A stretch of 64,000 nt of DNA. Origin: Candidatus Heimdallarchaeum endolithica. GTDB lineage: Archaea > Asgardarchaeota > Heimdallarchaeia > Heimdallarchaeales > Heimdallarchaeaceae. The notes below the pieces were generated by a model. It was not told the origin of the DNA, ran no database searches, and saw only the letters and a list, made by a program, of their open reading frames with translations. Location of the stretch: the NCBI GenBank assembly GCA_021513715.1, contig CP084167.1, positions 448,001 to 512,000 on the forward strand. The letters are read 5' to 3'. Both the position numbers and the translations under genes were made by a program. Positions 19,908 through 30,725 of the stretch are shown here, in pieces; position 1 is the stretch's first letter; each line of letters opens with the position of its first letter.

Positions 19908-21257
19908 TTACTTTTGACAAAATTCTTCGAAAACTTTGAATAGATATAGCTGTTTGATGTACCAGTCATGATAAGGTTTAGGAGCATATTCTTCAGGAAT
20001 TTTAGAATAATGATTAAAGATATAGTTTATTTTTCTCAATCCATTTAGAAATATGTATGTAGTTTTAATATCTGACAAACCCTTGAAAAATTTCATCAAA
20101 AAGTCTAAAACTGTGGGTTTGGGATATTTATTATCTAAAATTCTGTTTATTTCTGTTTTTGAAATTAAACCTCTTTTGAATAAAAAGAGTAATTTATCTT
20201 TTTCAAAGCTTAAAATATGCGTTCTAAAAGCCTCTAAAGCTGCAAGGTGTTTTCCAACTAACTTGAAAAATTCAGTATGATAATTCCATAATCGATAAAT
20301 AGAAGCTTCTCTCCTTTGTAAGGCTTCTAACAAAACTTTAGAAATAATGCTTAATGCGATAAGTGCTGGACCAGATCCCTCTATATTGAAAGGGTTTATC
20401 TGAAATGCTGCTTCTCCAATAGATAGAAAACCATACCATGCTAGAGTTATTGGTCTTCTTGCAACAGATTTATCTGAATAAGAAATGATCGGAGAAATGT
20501 TGATTCCTTTTGATTTGTTTATTATCTCGTTAGTTACAGCTTTTGCTTTTCTTTTAGTTAATTTTTTATTAAGAACTGTGAAAAAAGAAATAGTTTTGTT
20601 TTCTTTTTCGATTCTTGAGTAAAATTCTCTATCAAAGAAATAGTAGAAAGCATTGTTTTCTAATTCGATTTCATTAAGTAATTTCTCTTTTTGTTCAATT
20701 TTATTTTGAGAATAAAAAGTTTCAACATATTTTTTTGATGAGATTTTGGTGTTTAGGTCAAGTATTTCTATATTTTTTGTTAATATTCGTTCTACTCCAG
20801 AACAATCTACAATGATTCTTCCATTAATTATTTTGCCATCTTTCGTTTTGACCCCAATAACCCATTGTCCTCTTCCAACAGGATCAGTAATTTCTGTATC
20901 AAAACTGAATTTTGCTCCAGATTTAGCTGCACTATCAACCATAAAGTTAACATATTCTTGAAGATTAAACTTCACATAATCTCTTTTTGGTAAAGGAAAA
21001 ATTTGACTTAAATCACTAAAAGAAAAGAATACTTTTCTAGTAACTTTTTTTGCTTTTTTATAGGTTTGGAGGAATTTAGAAGAATTGTATGTATTTATAT
21101 CTACGTACTGTTGTTGATTTCTTCCTATTTCTTCTTTTTTCTTTTTTTCAAAAACAATAACTTTCTTTCCTGCTATAGCTAAATTAAAAGCTAAAGTTGC
21201 ACCTGTAAAACCAGAACCTACAATTATTACATCATACTGTTCTTCTTTTTTTGACAT
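19908..21257 (-). CDS. FAD-dependent oxidoreductase, geranylgeranyl reductase family (divergent)
   Basis: YDVIIVGSGFTG Rossmann motif; IIVDCSG; IGEAAFQINPFNIEG. Confidence 0.8.
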   Translation of the reverse strand: MSKKEEQYDVIIVGSGFTGATLAFNLAIAGKKVIVFEKKKKEEIGRNQQQYVDINTYNSSKFLQTYKKAKKVTRKVFFSFSDLSQIFPLPKRDYVKFNLQEYVNFMVDSAAKSGAKFSFDTEITDPVGRGQWVIGVKTKDGKIINGRIIVDCSGVERILTKNIEILDLNTKISSKKYVETFYSQNKIEQKEKLLNEIELENNAFYYFFDREFYSRIEKENKTISFFTVLNKKLTKRKAKAVTNEIINKSKGINISPIISYSDKSVARRPITLAWYGFLSIGEAAFQINPFNIEGSGPALIALSIISKVLLEALQRREASIYRLWNYHTEFFKLVGKHLAALEAFRTHILSFEKDKLLFLFKRGLISKTEINRILDNKYPKPTVLDFLMKFFKGLSDIKTTYIFLNGLRKINYIFNHYSKIPEEYAPKPYHDWYIKQLYLFKVFEEFCQK

Positions 21258-21383
21258 TAATCAAACTTTTAGATTAAATTATTTGAACATTTTCTATTAA
21301 TTTGTTATCGATTTGATCTTTGTAAAATATCGACGTAATAATTTAACTCTTAAGAAAGTTAAGAAAAAAAATATGTTAGAGCT

Positions 21384-22013
21384 TTAAGCTGTTCCTCCAG
21401 TAACTAATTCCAGCATGAAAGTTAAAAGGGCTAGAATAAGTATAGCAGGAAGAATTTTTAAAGCATAGATTACTTTATTTTCTTTTGAAATTGCCCCTAA
21501 AAGCATACCTAAAACAATCACTTCAATGACAATTAAACTTATTGAAATAATATATCCTATTTGCATATTAAAGGCTTTTACTAAAACTAACAAGAATGGT
21601 GAAATAGATATAGAAGCAAAGAGAAATGGTGATAGACCATCTACCGCTGAAATAATCCATGAAACCTTTAAATTAGCTTTTGCAAGTCTAGTATTGTTAA
21701 GGTCAGTTATCATATCAGCTTCTAAATCTTTAATCTCTTTTGTTCTTTCTGCTCGTTCAGTAAGATAGGCAATCCAAAAACCTGATATTCCCATAGCCAT
21801 TGAAGCACTAATTCCTAGAATCAATAATGTTTTAGCTGCAATAATATCTTGTTCTGGAGTTCCAGACTTGAATCCATGAGCAATCATTGAACCTATAATT
21901 AGTCCTAAAGCAGTTAAAGCTCCATCAAAACCATTCATCACAAAATACCTGCGAAGGATATTTTCTCCTCCAGTTAAGGTGAGAATTTTACCTATATCAT
22001 TATCACTTTTCAA
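21384..22013 (-). CDS. VIT1/CCC1-family metal (Fe/Mn) transporter
   Basis: RRYFVMNGFDGALT, AMGISG..AYLTERAE, five TM helices. Confidence 0.8.
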   Translation of the reverse strand: MKSDNDIGKILTLTGGENILRRYFVMNGFDGALTALGLIIGSMIAHGFKSGTPEQDIIAAKTLLILGISASMAMGISGFWIAYLTERAERTKEIKDLEADMITDLNNTRLAKANLKVSWIISAVDGLSPFLFASISISPFLLVLVKAFNMQIGYIISISLIVIEVIVLGMLLGAISKENKVIYALKILPAILILALLTFMLELVTGGTA

Positions 22014-22167
22014 TTTTATATTCCCAAAGAAAACTTCTAAAATATTTTTATTAAATTCTTTAAAGATTTTTCGGAATGAATGTTTTTTTTAAAAAAAAGT
22101 TACTTTTTCACTTTCAAACAAGTGTCTAAAAAAGATTTTAAATAGTATAAGTTCTAAAAAATTAAAG

Positions 22168-23481
22168 ATGCAAACTTTCTTCGACTCAGCTTTAGAAGCA
22201 GAATTTAACAAAATCTACAAAAAGTTAAAAGAATTAGAACGAAAAGATGATGATAAGTATCAAAGTGACTTGTCTTTCTTACTTGATCATTTTAGGATTT
22301 TCGAACCACTTGATACTACGTGTAAAAGAGAGGATTTTAGCGTTTCTGCAGTAGATGGGAGTGGAGCTAGCGATTTAATTAAGTTAAATAATATTTCTGT
22401 ACATCTCATCACAGCAGGTTTTTCTGCAGATCTGACTGACTTTAAAAAAGGAACAACGATTGAGTTGGATATTAGACCAGAGATATCTACTTATCCTAAT
22501 GGAGTAACTAAACTAGTTTTAATTAGAGAAGATGAAGAACTTGAAGTATGGGAGGAGATTATAAATTTTGTTAGAGATAATTATGGAAAAGAGCCAAAAG
22601 AAATAGTTTTTGATGTCCTTAGGAACATGGTTTTAAGAAAAATGGAAAATGAAGGAAAAGATATTTCTAAAATAAAAATAAAAAATACTTTTGAACTACT
22701 GCAGCAAGCTAAACTTGCAGGTTTTACTCTTTATAATAAACCAATAGATAAATTCCATGAATGGATGATAAGCCCAAGACCTCAAACAGGTTGGTATGAC
22801 CAGTTTAGAGAAATTTTAGAATATTCTCTTGCTTATTCTATTTTAAAAACTGAAAAGCAGATAAAATATCTATTTATTGATGGTTCAATGAACATGCTTA
22901 TCTCAAGGAATCATAATCAACCAAGACTTATATCTAACTATCTTTTACGTGATTTATGTACAGAAGCTCTAAAACGTAAAACATGTGTAGTAGCTGTAAG
23001 TAAGACAACTACTTTTCCTTTTATTTACAAAATAGCTCAAGATGTACGAATTCATCTTAAAGGAGAAAAAAAATGGTTTTTCCGTGTTTCTTCTAAGGAA
23101 TTAGGAGAAACTCCTCTTCGATTGTTAGAAGGTAAAAGTATTCCTCCAGAGAACGCTATTACTTATCTTTTCCATTTTTCAGCAGATTTACCTGTTTTAA
23201 GGATAGATTTTGATTTAGAGTGGTGGAAAAAGAATATTTATTCAGAAAATAACGAAAAAGAGAAAGAGAGAGAAATAGAACTTTTCAAAGAAATTGATTG
23301 GTTGTCTCGAGATGTAAGATATCATGGTTACCTTTTTGATCTTGCATTCTCTCATTTTAATGCTTTAATAACCTTTAAAGAGAGAGACTTAATTGCAGAT
23401 AGATTGATAGATTTCTTCACTGAAAAAGGTGAAGACCCAAGGAGATATATACACCCAAGAAAAAGATTAGGATTGATGTAA
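22168..23481 (+). CDS. nurA: NurA 5'-3' nuclease
   Basis: AVDGSG, FIDGS, VAVSKT and C-terminal GY...H motifs; first gene of the operon with herA/mre11/rad50. Confidence 0.85.
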   Translation: MQTFFDSALEAEFNKIYKKLKELERKDDDKYQSDLSFLLDHFRIFEPLDTTCKREDFSVSAVDGSGASDLIKLNNISVHLITAGFSADLTDFKKGTTIELDIRPEISTYPNGVTKLVLIREDEELEVWEEIINFVRDNYGKEPKEIVFDVLRNMVLRKMENEGKDISKIKIKNTFELLQQAKLAGFTLYNKPIDKFHEWMISPRPQTGWYDQFREILEYSLAYSILKTEKQIKYLFIDGSMNMLISRNHNQPRLISNYLLRDLCTEALKRKTCVVAVSKTTTFPFIYKIAQDVRIHLKGEKKWFFRVSSKELGETPLRLLEGKSIPPENAITYLFHFSADLPVLRIDFDLEWWKKNIYSENNEKEKEREIELFKEIDWLSRDVRYHGYLFDLAFSHFNALITFKERDLIADRLIDFFTEKGEDPRRYIHPRKRLGLM

Positions 23482-23492
23482 AAGGTGAAAAA

Positions 23493-25373
23493 ATGGTAGA
23501 ATTAAAATTAAATGAACCTATAGGAATATTGGCAGAAGGAGATATCTCTTCTTTGAAAGTGATATCAAAAGATATTAGATACCAAGTTGGAGAAATACTT
23601 ATTATCACCCATCCTGAAACTCCAGAAATTTATCTATTTAGGGTGATGAATTATGAAAATATTCTCCGATCGAGTTCTGATATGAGTTATGTTGCTTCAA
23701 ATATTTTGAAGAATAGAACAGCATATATTGCAAGGGTAGAAAATGAAAAAATGGTAAAAGTATCTGGAATTTTAATGGGTTACTCCCTTTATGATGAAAA
23801 AAAGAAACAATGGATTTTGTATAAACCTCGCTCTCTTCCTCCTCATTTTTCATATGTTTATAGAGGGTCAGATTGTAAAGCTGCTCTACAAGATCTTTTA
23901 TGGTCAGAATTTGGTAATGATATAGAAATAGGAAAACTACAAGTTGGTGCTACAACTTTAGATATCCCAATTAGACTAGATGTAGAAGCTCTTCCAATGC
24001 ATGTTCAAGTTGCAGGAACAACAGGTGCAGGAAAATCATTTTTCATGTTGACAATGATTGCTTCTAGTCTTAAAAACAATATAATCAATGCTTTGAAAGC
24101 TCAAAAAGCAAGTTCTATTAACAAGAAAATTTCTTTCTTCATGGTAGATGTACATGATGAATATATGAGAGGAATGAAAGAACCTGAATCAAATGAAAGG
24201 TATGGAATAAAAGATATAGCTGAAGCAAGCTTAAAGCAGGATAAAGATATTTACAACATTCTATTTGGAAAGAATTTCTATCTTACTTCTGATATGGAAA
24301 GTGTAGAGAAAGATATGCAAAAGTATGCTAAAGCCTTACGTTTTAGGCTTGAAGATATAGAGGTAAGTGACATCATTTCAGTAATGGAAGTAACTGACCA
24401 AATGGCTTCTTTTATGTTTTGGGTCAAGTCACACTATGAAGATTGGATATCAACAATTGTTCAACTAGGAGAAGAAGATGACCAAGGAGGATTTTCTAAA
24501 GGAACAGTAAATGCAGTAAAAAGAAGACTCAGAAGTATATATAACTCACCAATTTTTAGAGAGTCGAGAACTATTACAACTTCTGATGATAAAGACAAAG
24601 AACAATCAAATGTTAGTTTTAGTGATTTAGCAGAAATTGTATATAATTTAGAACAAGGACATTTCTATAATTTTAGTTCAGCACTATTAAGTTCGACAGA
24701 ACAATTCATTGTCTTAACTATGCTAGCAAGAACAATTTTTGCATTAAGACAATCTTTAATGTCTTCTACAAGATGGTCTCAGTTTGAAAAGCAAGTAGAG
24801 TCAAGATTACCAAGACAAATAAGCAACGAATTACTAGGAAAAACAAGTTCTTCTTTTTCAATAAAGGATCTCTATATTAAAAATAAGGAAGGAAACGACT
24901 ATATTCTTAAAAAAGTGAATGAACTTCCTGTAATTCTTCTCACAATTGAAGAAGCTCCAAGTATTTTAGGAGTACAGATGTCTAAACAAGGAAATGTGTT
25001 TGTTGATATTAGTAGACAAGGAAGAAAGTTTGGAATAGGTATGTTACTTATTACTCAAAATATTTCAGCAATGGAACCCTTAATTTTAGCTAACACAAAC
25101 ACTGAGATAAATATGATGCTTGGAAATGAAATAGAGATAAAACAAGCAATTATCAACGCCAGTAACAATATTACAGGATATGAACATGAGTTTAGAGTAC
25201 TAAATAGAGGGGAAGCTATAGTTACTAACTCTTTACGAAATATACCTATGCCTGTGAAAATACACAATGCCCCAGTCATAATTAAAGAGAACTTGTCTTT
25301 CTTTGAAAATCCTTATGATTGTTTGAAAATAAAGAAAGAAAAAAGGATATCAAAAGATATCCCTCTGCTTTAG
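23493..25373 (+). CDS. herA: HerA helicase/translocase ATPase
   Basis: HAS-barrel N-terminus; Walker A GTTGAGKS; DVHDEY; IEEA Walker B; RQGRKFG; ITQ. Confidence 0.9.
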   Translation: MVELKLNEPIGILAEGDISSLKVISKDIRYQVGEILIITHPETPEIYLFRVMNYENILRSSSDMSYVASNILKNRTAYIARVENEKMVKVSGILMGYSLYDEKKKQWILYKPRSLPPHFSYVYRGSDCKAALQDLLWSEFGNDIEIGKLQVGATTLDIPIRLDVEALPMHVQVAGTTGAGKSFFMLTMIASSLKNNIINALKAQKASSINKKISFFMVDVHDEYMRGMKEPESNERYGIKDIAEASLKQDKDIYNILFGKNFYLTSDMESVEKDMQKYAKALRFRLEDIEVSDIISVMEVTDQMASFMFWVKSHYEDWISTIVQLGEEDDQGGFSKGTVNAVKRRLRSIYNSPIFRESRTITTSDDKDKEQSNVSFSDLAEIVYNLEQGHFYNFSSALLSSTEQFIVLTMLARTIFALRQSLMSSTRWSQFEKQVESRLPRQISNELLGKTSSSFSIKDLYIKNKEGNDYILKKVNELPVILLTIEEAPSILGVQMSKQGNVFVDISRQGRKFGIGMLLITQNISAMEPLILANTNTEINMMLGNEIEIKQAIINASNNITGYEHEFRVLNRGEAIVTNSLRNIPMPVKIHNAPVIIKENLSFFENPYDCLKIKKEKRISKDIPLL

Positions 25374-25406
25374 GAATTGAATTAAGAATAATGTATATTA
25401 AAGAAG

Positions 25407-26687
25407 GTGCAACTAGTGGTAAAAATAGCCCATATATCTGACACTCATTTATCACATCGAAGAATAAGAAATGTAAGAGATAGTTGGAAAGAGCGATATA
25501 GAGTGAGTTGGATAGAAAATGATTTCTCATTGGCTTTTCAAAGAGCTTTAGATGCTGCAATTGAAACAAAATGCGATTATCTAGTTCATTCAGGAGATTT
25601 GTTTGATGTTCCAGTAAAGAGGAATACCACTTCTCCTACAGAATATGCTAGAGCAATAGCAATAAGTGAAATTAGAAGATTTTTGGAAGCTACAAATTTC
25701 AGAGTTCCTATAATTATTATCGATGGGAACCACGGTACTTATCTATACAGAAACAATAGCACATTAGAATTCATAAAGTCTGCTTTTCCTGAAAACATAT
25801 TTATTGCTACAAACTATGATCTTAAGCGTGCAATAGTAAAGAAAGAACCATTGAAAGTGGAATTTGAAGAGATCAATTTCTATTTATTCCCCTATTTAGA
25901 ATTTAAATCTATCCCCAAATATGAGGAACTTTATGATACATGGATTAGCCAATGCCAAGAACCAGAAGAAGGTAAAATGAATGTTGCAGTTGCTCATGGA
26001 ATGTTTAAAAACTATGATTTACATGAAAGATTATTTTCTTTTCCTTATGATTATGTAGCTCTTGGACATGACCACCAACAAAGGAAATATGCTCCAAATG
26101 CTTGGCAAGCAGGGAGTACAGAAAAATATACTTTTGCAGAACGAGGGCAAGAAAAAGGTATTCTGGAAGTCATTATTAAAAAAGAAAAGGAAATAGAAGT
26201 TAATCCAATAAAAATTGTTAGTCAAAGAGAAATGAAGCAATTTGAGGTAGAATTGAGTTCAGATATGAGTGCATTAACAGTAGAAGAAAAAATAAGGGAA
26301 ATTGTGGTTAATTATAGGCGTAATTTTGATGGTAATACAGCTTCTAGAATAAAAGTAAAGTTAAAAGGAAAAACTTCTCTCTCTTATTGGTGGACAATAG
26401 AAGATCGTTTAGCAGAAATACAGAAAAATGTTTTAACTGAAGAATATAACATTCTTGAATTCAGGTGGGATGAAAGCGAGTTAAAAAAATCTATTCCTCA
26501 AAGTTTAGCAAAAACTCCTCAAATGGATCAATATCTAATAGAAGATCCAGTTAAGGATTTTATTAATTATTTAAAAAACCTAGAAATAGATGATGACATA
26601 AAATTTGAACAATATGCTAAACTGGGGCCAGAAATAATTAAGGAAGTTTTTAGTGAAGGAATAATTTCTTCGAAGGAGGAGTTATAA
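25407..26687 (+). CDS. mre11: Mre11/SbcD metallophosphoesterase nuclease
   Basis: HISDTH, GDLFD, GNH, AHG and GHDH motifs. Confidence 0.9.
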   Translation: MQLVVKIAHISDTHLSHRRIRNVRDSWKERYRVSWIENDFSLAFQRALDAAIETKCDYLVHSGDLFDVPVKRNTTSPTEYARAIAISEIRRFLEATNFRVPIIIIDGNHGTYLYRNNSTLEFIKSAFPENIFIATNYDLKRAIVKKEPLKVEFEEINFYLFPYLEFKSIPKYEELYDTWISQCQEPEEGKMNVAVAHGMFKNYDLHERLFSFPYDYVALGHDHQQRKYAPNAWQAGSTEKYTFAERGQEKGILEVIIKKEKEIEVNPIKIVSQREMKQFEVELSSDMSALTVEEKIREIVVNYRRNFDGNTASRIKVKLKGKTSLSYWWTIEDRLAEIQKNVLTEEYNILEFRWDESELKKSIPQSLAKTPQMDQYLIEDPVKDFINYLKNLEIDDDIKFEQYAKLGPEIIKEVFSEGIISSKEEL

Positions 26688-28819
26688 TGAAAATTCTTTG
26701 GATACACATGGAGAATTTCAAATGCTATAGCAATGAAAGAATTCCTGAAACTGGTGTTCTTCCAAAAGGGTTAATTTTAGTGGAAGGAGATAATTCAGTA
26801 GGAAAGACTTCTCTATTTGATGCTATTTATTATGCTCTTTTTTACGAACCTACAAAAGACAAAGCAATTTTAGGTACAAAAGATATGCTTGTTAAAAGAG
26901 GAGAAAAAGAAACTATTGTAGAAGTTGCTTTTGAAATAATGAATAAATCTTTTGTAGTGCAAAAGCAGCATGGAATGTCTACTCCTCTAAAAGTTTTTTT
27001 GCTTCAAATAGACGGAGAAAAAGCTGAAAAAGGAGAATTTGCAAATCCTAGAAAAATAGCAGAAGGTCTAGAAGATGTAAATAGAAAATTGTTTGAACTG
27101 TTAAACATCACAAGTGAAAGTGTATTGAGTACTCTAATAGTAAATCAAGGAGAAGTTCAAAAACTAGCAGAAGCAAAAGGAGCAGAACTTAGAGATATAA
27201 TCTACAAACTTTTTCACTTAGATGATATAAGAGAAAAATTGAAACGTGTAATAAATAAAAAAATGGCACTTTTGGATGAAGAATGGGAAAAATACAAGAT
27301 AGAACGGACTACAGAAAATATTCTTGATGAGATTAAAGAACTAGAAACAGAAAAAGTAAAGAAAGAGGAAGAATTGGAAAAAGCAAAAAAAGAGTCAGAG
27401 GAACTAGAAAAGAAAATAGCTAAATATCCTATAGTTTCAGAAATACAATCAATAAGCAATATTTTAACTCAAATACAGCAAATTAGAGAGAATATAAAGA
27501 ACCAAGAAAAGATCGTAAAACAAAAGATTGAATCTTTGGAAATCAAAGAATTAATACAAGAAGAAATAAAAAATAAAATTATTGAAAAAGAGAAGATTAT
27601 TCAAGAAACAAATAATACTATAGAAGAATTGAGAAAAAAGAGAGATAAAGTACAAAAAAAGTTGCATATTCTCCAAAAAGACTTGAATGAAATTAGAGAA
27701 AAAATCAAAAAATTGGAAAGTCATGAAGTTGGACATGAAGAAGAATTTACTTGTGAATTGTGCGAGCAAACAATGCCATATTCAAAATATAAAGAACTAG
27801 TAGAAAGTAAAAAACAGTCGATTTCTAATATTCAAAAAGGAATAAAAAGAAGAGAAGAAGAGAAAAAAGATATTGAAAAACAGATAGAGAAAGAGAGTAA
27901 AACTATAATTCAACTAAAAGATTTCATTTCTTCGCTCAAAAATGTAAATGAACAATTAGAAATTCTAGAAAGTAATAAGAATGAACTGGAAACAAAAGAA
28001 AATAAATTAAAGTCACAACTTATAAAATTCAATGTTCAATCTGTAGATGAACTTTCAAAAAAATATGCTGTTGAAAAATTCGAAGAATTCTTTTCAATTA
28101 TTAATGAATTAAATTCTAGTAAAGCTAGTCTGGAAGCATCAGTTAAACATTTAAATAAAGTTATTGAAAACTTGATTAAAAGAAAAAGCCAACTAGAAAA
28201 AGAAATAGAGAAAAATAGGAAAAAAGAAGAAAAACAAGAGAGTATTCTACAAGAAAAGGCAGCTCTAAAAGATGTGGAAGGAGTAGTTTCTAGTTTTATT
28301 GCTGAAGAACTTATTTCTAACCGTCTTCTTGCAGGAATACAACAAACGACTAATCCTAATATAAACTTGTTTACAAGAGGAAAATATTCAGAGATATATC
28401 TAGAAGCAACAACCAAAAAAACTTTGAGACTAAGTATATTAGACCAAGAAGAAGAATTTGTGAAAAATCAAGAGTTTTTATCTGGAGGAGATAAAGCGGC
28501 GATAGGACTAGGATTAAGATTAGGTATAAGCGAACTGTTAAAACAAATCAGACCATTCAAAGATTCTCCACATAATCCACCAAGAATGGACATAATGATT
28601 CTAGATGAACCACTAGGTTCTCTTGACAATGAAAGAAGAAAGAAAGTTCTAGAAGGATTGCTTATACAGAAAAAATTCAACCAGATTTTCCTAATTACGC
28701 ATACAAATATTAGAGAAGAACTTCGAGCTCCTTCAATTAGGGTAAGTAGAACAGAAAAGGGAAGTTCTACAACCTATTTTCCTGCACCAAGTGAAATAGA
28801 AATAGAATCTGAAGAATAA
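26687..28819 (+). CDS. rad50: Rad50/SbcC ABC ATPase with zinc hook
   Basis: Walker A GDNSVGKTS; Q-loop QGEV; central CELC hook in the coiled coil; LSGGDK signature; ILDEP; ITH. Start overlaps the mre11 stop. Confidence 0.92.
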   Translation: MKILWIHMENFKCYSNERIPETGVLPKGLILVEGDNSVGKTSLFDAIYYALFYEPTKDKAILGTKDMLVKRGEKETIVEVAFEIMNKSFVVQKQHGMSTPLKVFLLQIDGEKAEKGEFANPRKIAEGLEDVNRKLFELLNITSESVLSTLIVNQGEVQKLAEAKGAELRDIIYKLFHLDDIREKLKRVINKKMALLDEEWEKYKIERTTENILDEIKELETEKVKKEEELEKAKKESEELEKKIAKYPIVSEIQSISNILTQIQQIRENIKNQEKIVKQKIESLEIKELIQEEIKNKIIEKEKIIQETNNTIEELRKKRDKVQKKLHILQKDLNEIREKIKKLESHEVGHEEEFTCELCEQTMPYSKYKELVESKKQSISNIQKGIKRREEEKKDIEKQIEKESKTIIQLKDFISSLKNVNEQLEILESNKNELETKENKLKSQLIKFNVQSVDELSKKYAVEKFEEFFSIINELNSSKASLEASVKHLNKVIENLIKRKSQLEKEIEKNRKKEEKQESILQEKAALKDVEGVVSSFIAEELISNRLLAGIQQTTNPNINLFTRGKYSEIYLEATTKKTLRLSILDQEEEFVKNQEFLSGGDKAAIGLGLRLGISELLKQIRPFKDSPHNPPRMDIMILDEPLGSLDNERRKKVLEGLLIQKKFNQIFLITHTNIREELRAPSIRVSRTEKGSSTTYFPAPSEIEIESEE

Positions 28820-28894
28820 TTTTATTCCTTTTTATTTACTTTTTTTGAGAATAATATTTATATCTAAAAATGGAAATGTTCTCTAGGGTTTGAA

Positions 28895-30313
28895 ATGATA
28901 CCTGGAACACTTAGACCTTTACCGAAAAGATTAGCTAAAGTAAAAACAGAAGCTGAAAGGCTTTTTAGAGCAGTGGACTATGATTATGAGACTATTAAAG
29001 AAATATTGAAGTCTAGTAAAAATTTTGAATTTGAAGAAATAAGAAGACAATATATTAATTGTTTGAATCATCATATAAGAATAGTTCCACTTGTAAAAGA
29101 AGCAGATAAATTGTTAGTTAAATACTCTAGAGATCCACTTCTAAAAGAAATGGTTTTCAAATTATTTGATAAGTTGGAAAAATATGAATATAGATTGAAT
29201 GCTGATGTTCAACGACTTGATACTATTTTAATGTCAAAAAGAAAAGAATACATAAATAAAACAATTCCACTTATAAAATCAGAAATAAAAAGCAAATTAT
29301 CTTTCTTAAGAGACCTAGATTTTGAGCAGTTACTAGCTGATAGTGAAAAATATTCAGCTATTATTTCAAGCATAGTAGATCGTGTAGATATATTAAAAGA
29401 CGAATATCAAAAATTAATCGAAAATGCTCTTGAAAGCGCAGTAGAAGCATATAAAGAGCTAAAAGAAAAACTAGATGAATTAGAAGATGAACTGAAAGAA
29501 TATGTTCTTATTCTTGCTACTTGTAAAATGGAAATGCTAACTAATGAATCAAATGCCTTACTTGAAGAAGGTGTAAAAATTTTTGAACGTTTTGAAATTG
29601 AACAAACAACAGAACTTATTGAAGAAGCACAGGTTTATTTGGATAAAGCTAAACCAACTCTCAAAGAGATGAAAGAATTAAGGGTTGACATTCCTAAAAG
29701 AGCAATGAAAAAGAGTTTTGAAACAAAGTTTCAAGAACTAAGAAATAGATTTGATGAAAATAAGTTCACACTTGATGAATTAATTACTAATATAAAATCA
29801 AGAAATAGACTTCTATCCACAAATATTGAAAGAATTGAAGCACTAAAAGAATTAGCTAAATCAATGTCCAGTGATATAAAAGAAACAGGAGAAATACTAA
29901 AAATAAAAAGAATGGGTACATTTAAACTATATTTAAAAGAAAATCTTATTCCTCACATGAATCTGCAAGAGAACGGTATAGTAAAGATACCAAAAACAGA
30001 AGAACTTACAACAACTTTCATTGATGAAATAATCTTGACTCTTGAAGATCTAGATAGTAAAAATATAGTCGAAGATTGGTTTAATGCTTTTAGAGCTACA
30101 AAAATTGGTAAGTGGATATATGAAACTTCTGTTAAGATTAAAAATAAAACTGTGGAAATAACAAAGAAGATTGTAGAAAAAACTAAGATATTATTACAAA
30201 AATTAAAAGAAAAAATTAAGCAATGGATACAACAAATGAAAGAAAAAAGAAAACAGAAACAATTAGAGAAACAAAAACAAACAGAAAATCCAAAACCAAA
30301 GGAAAAAAAGTAA
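28895..30313 (+). CDS. Long coiled-coil hypothetical protein
   Basis: 472 aa, heptad-rich, basic amphipathic C-terminus; co-oriented 75 bp after rad50. Confidence 0.75.
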   Translation: MIPGTLRPLPKRLAKVKTEAERLFRAVDYDYETIKEILKSSKNFEFEEIRRQYINCLNHHIRIVPLVKEADKLLVKYSRDPLLKEMVFKLFDKLEKYEYRLNADVQRLDTILMSKRKEYINKTIPLIKSEIKSKLSFLRDLDFEQLLADSEKYSAIISSIVDRVDILKDEYQKLIENALESAVEAYKELKEKLDELEDELKEYVLILATCKMEMLTNESNALLEEGVKIFERFEIEQTTELIEEAQVYLDKAKPTLKEMKELRVDIPKRAMKKSFETKFQELRNRFDENKFTLDELITNIKSRNRLLSTNIERIEALKELAKSMSSDIKETGEILKIKRMGTFKLYLKENLIPHMNLQENGIVKIPKTEELTTTFIDEIILTLEDLDSKNIVEDWFNAFRATKIGKWIYETSVKIKNKTVEITKKIVEKTKILLQKLKEKIKQWIQQMKEKRKQKQLEKQKQTENPKPKEKK

Positions 30314-30468
30314 GAAAAATAATCTAAAAATTTTATTTCTATTTTTTTTCTAAATTTATTGTTTAAATTAGGTGGAAATAATAAAAACTTGTATTTTTAT
30401 TATTTTATTTACTGATTCTTTGAAAAAATTTTTGCCAAAAAAAATAAATATTTTATTATAATTATGTA

Positions 30469-30702
30469 ATGTGCATTATAATGACTTCAGATTCATATTG
30501 TAATTGTATGGTGAGGTTTAGTTGGCCTAAATGGCTAGTAGCCATAGGACAAATAGCTTTAGGCTTTGGAATTTTATTGTTAATCATATTTTCTATCATT
30601 TACACAAAGACAAGTTGGGAAAAATTTTCTCTTTATGGTATCTATGTGGGAGCAGGATTTTTACTTCTTGGAGCACTTATCTTATCAAGCAATGAATGGT
30701 AA
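30469..30702 (+). CDS. Small 2-TM membrane protein (true start possibly 30508, MVRFSW)
   Basis: Two clear hydrophobic helices. Confidence 0.55.
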   Translation: MCIIMTSDSYCNCMVRFSWPKWLVAIGQIALGFGILLLIIFSIIYTKTSWEKFSLYGIYVGAGFLLLGALILSSNEW

Positions 30703-30725
30703 GTAAAAAAAGAAGAAGTAAAAAT

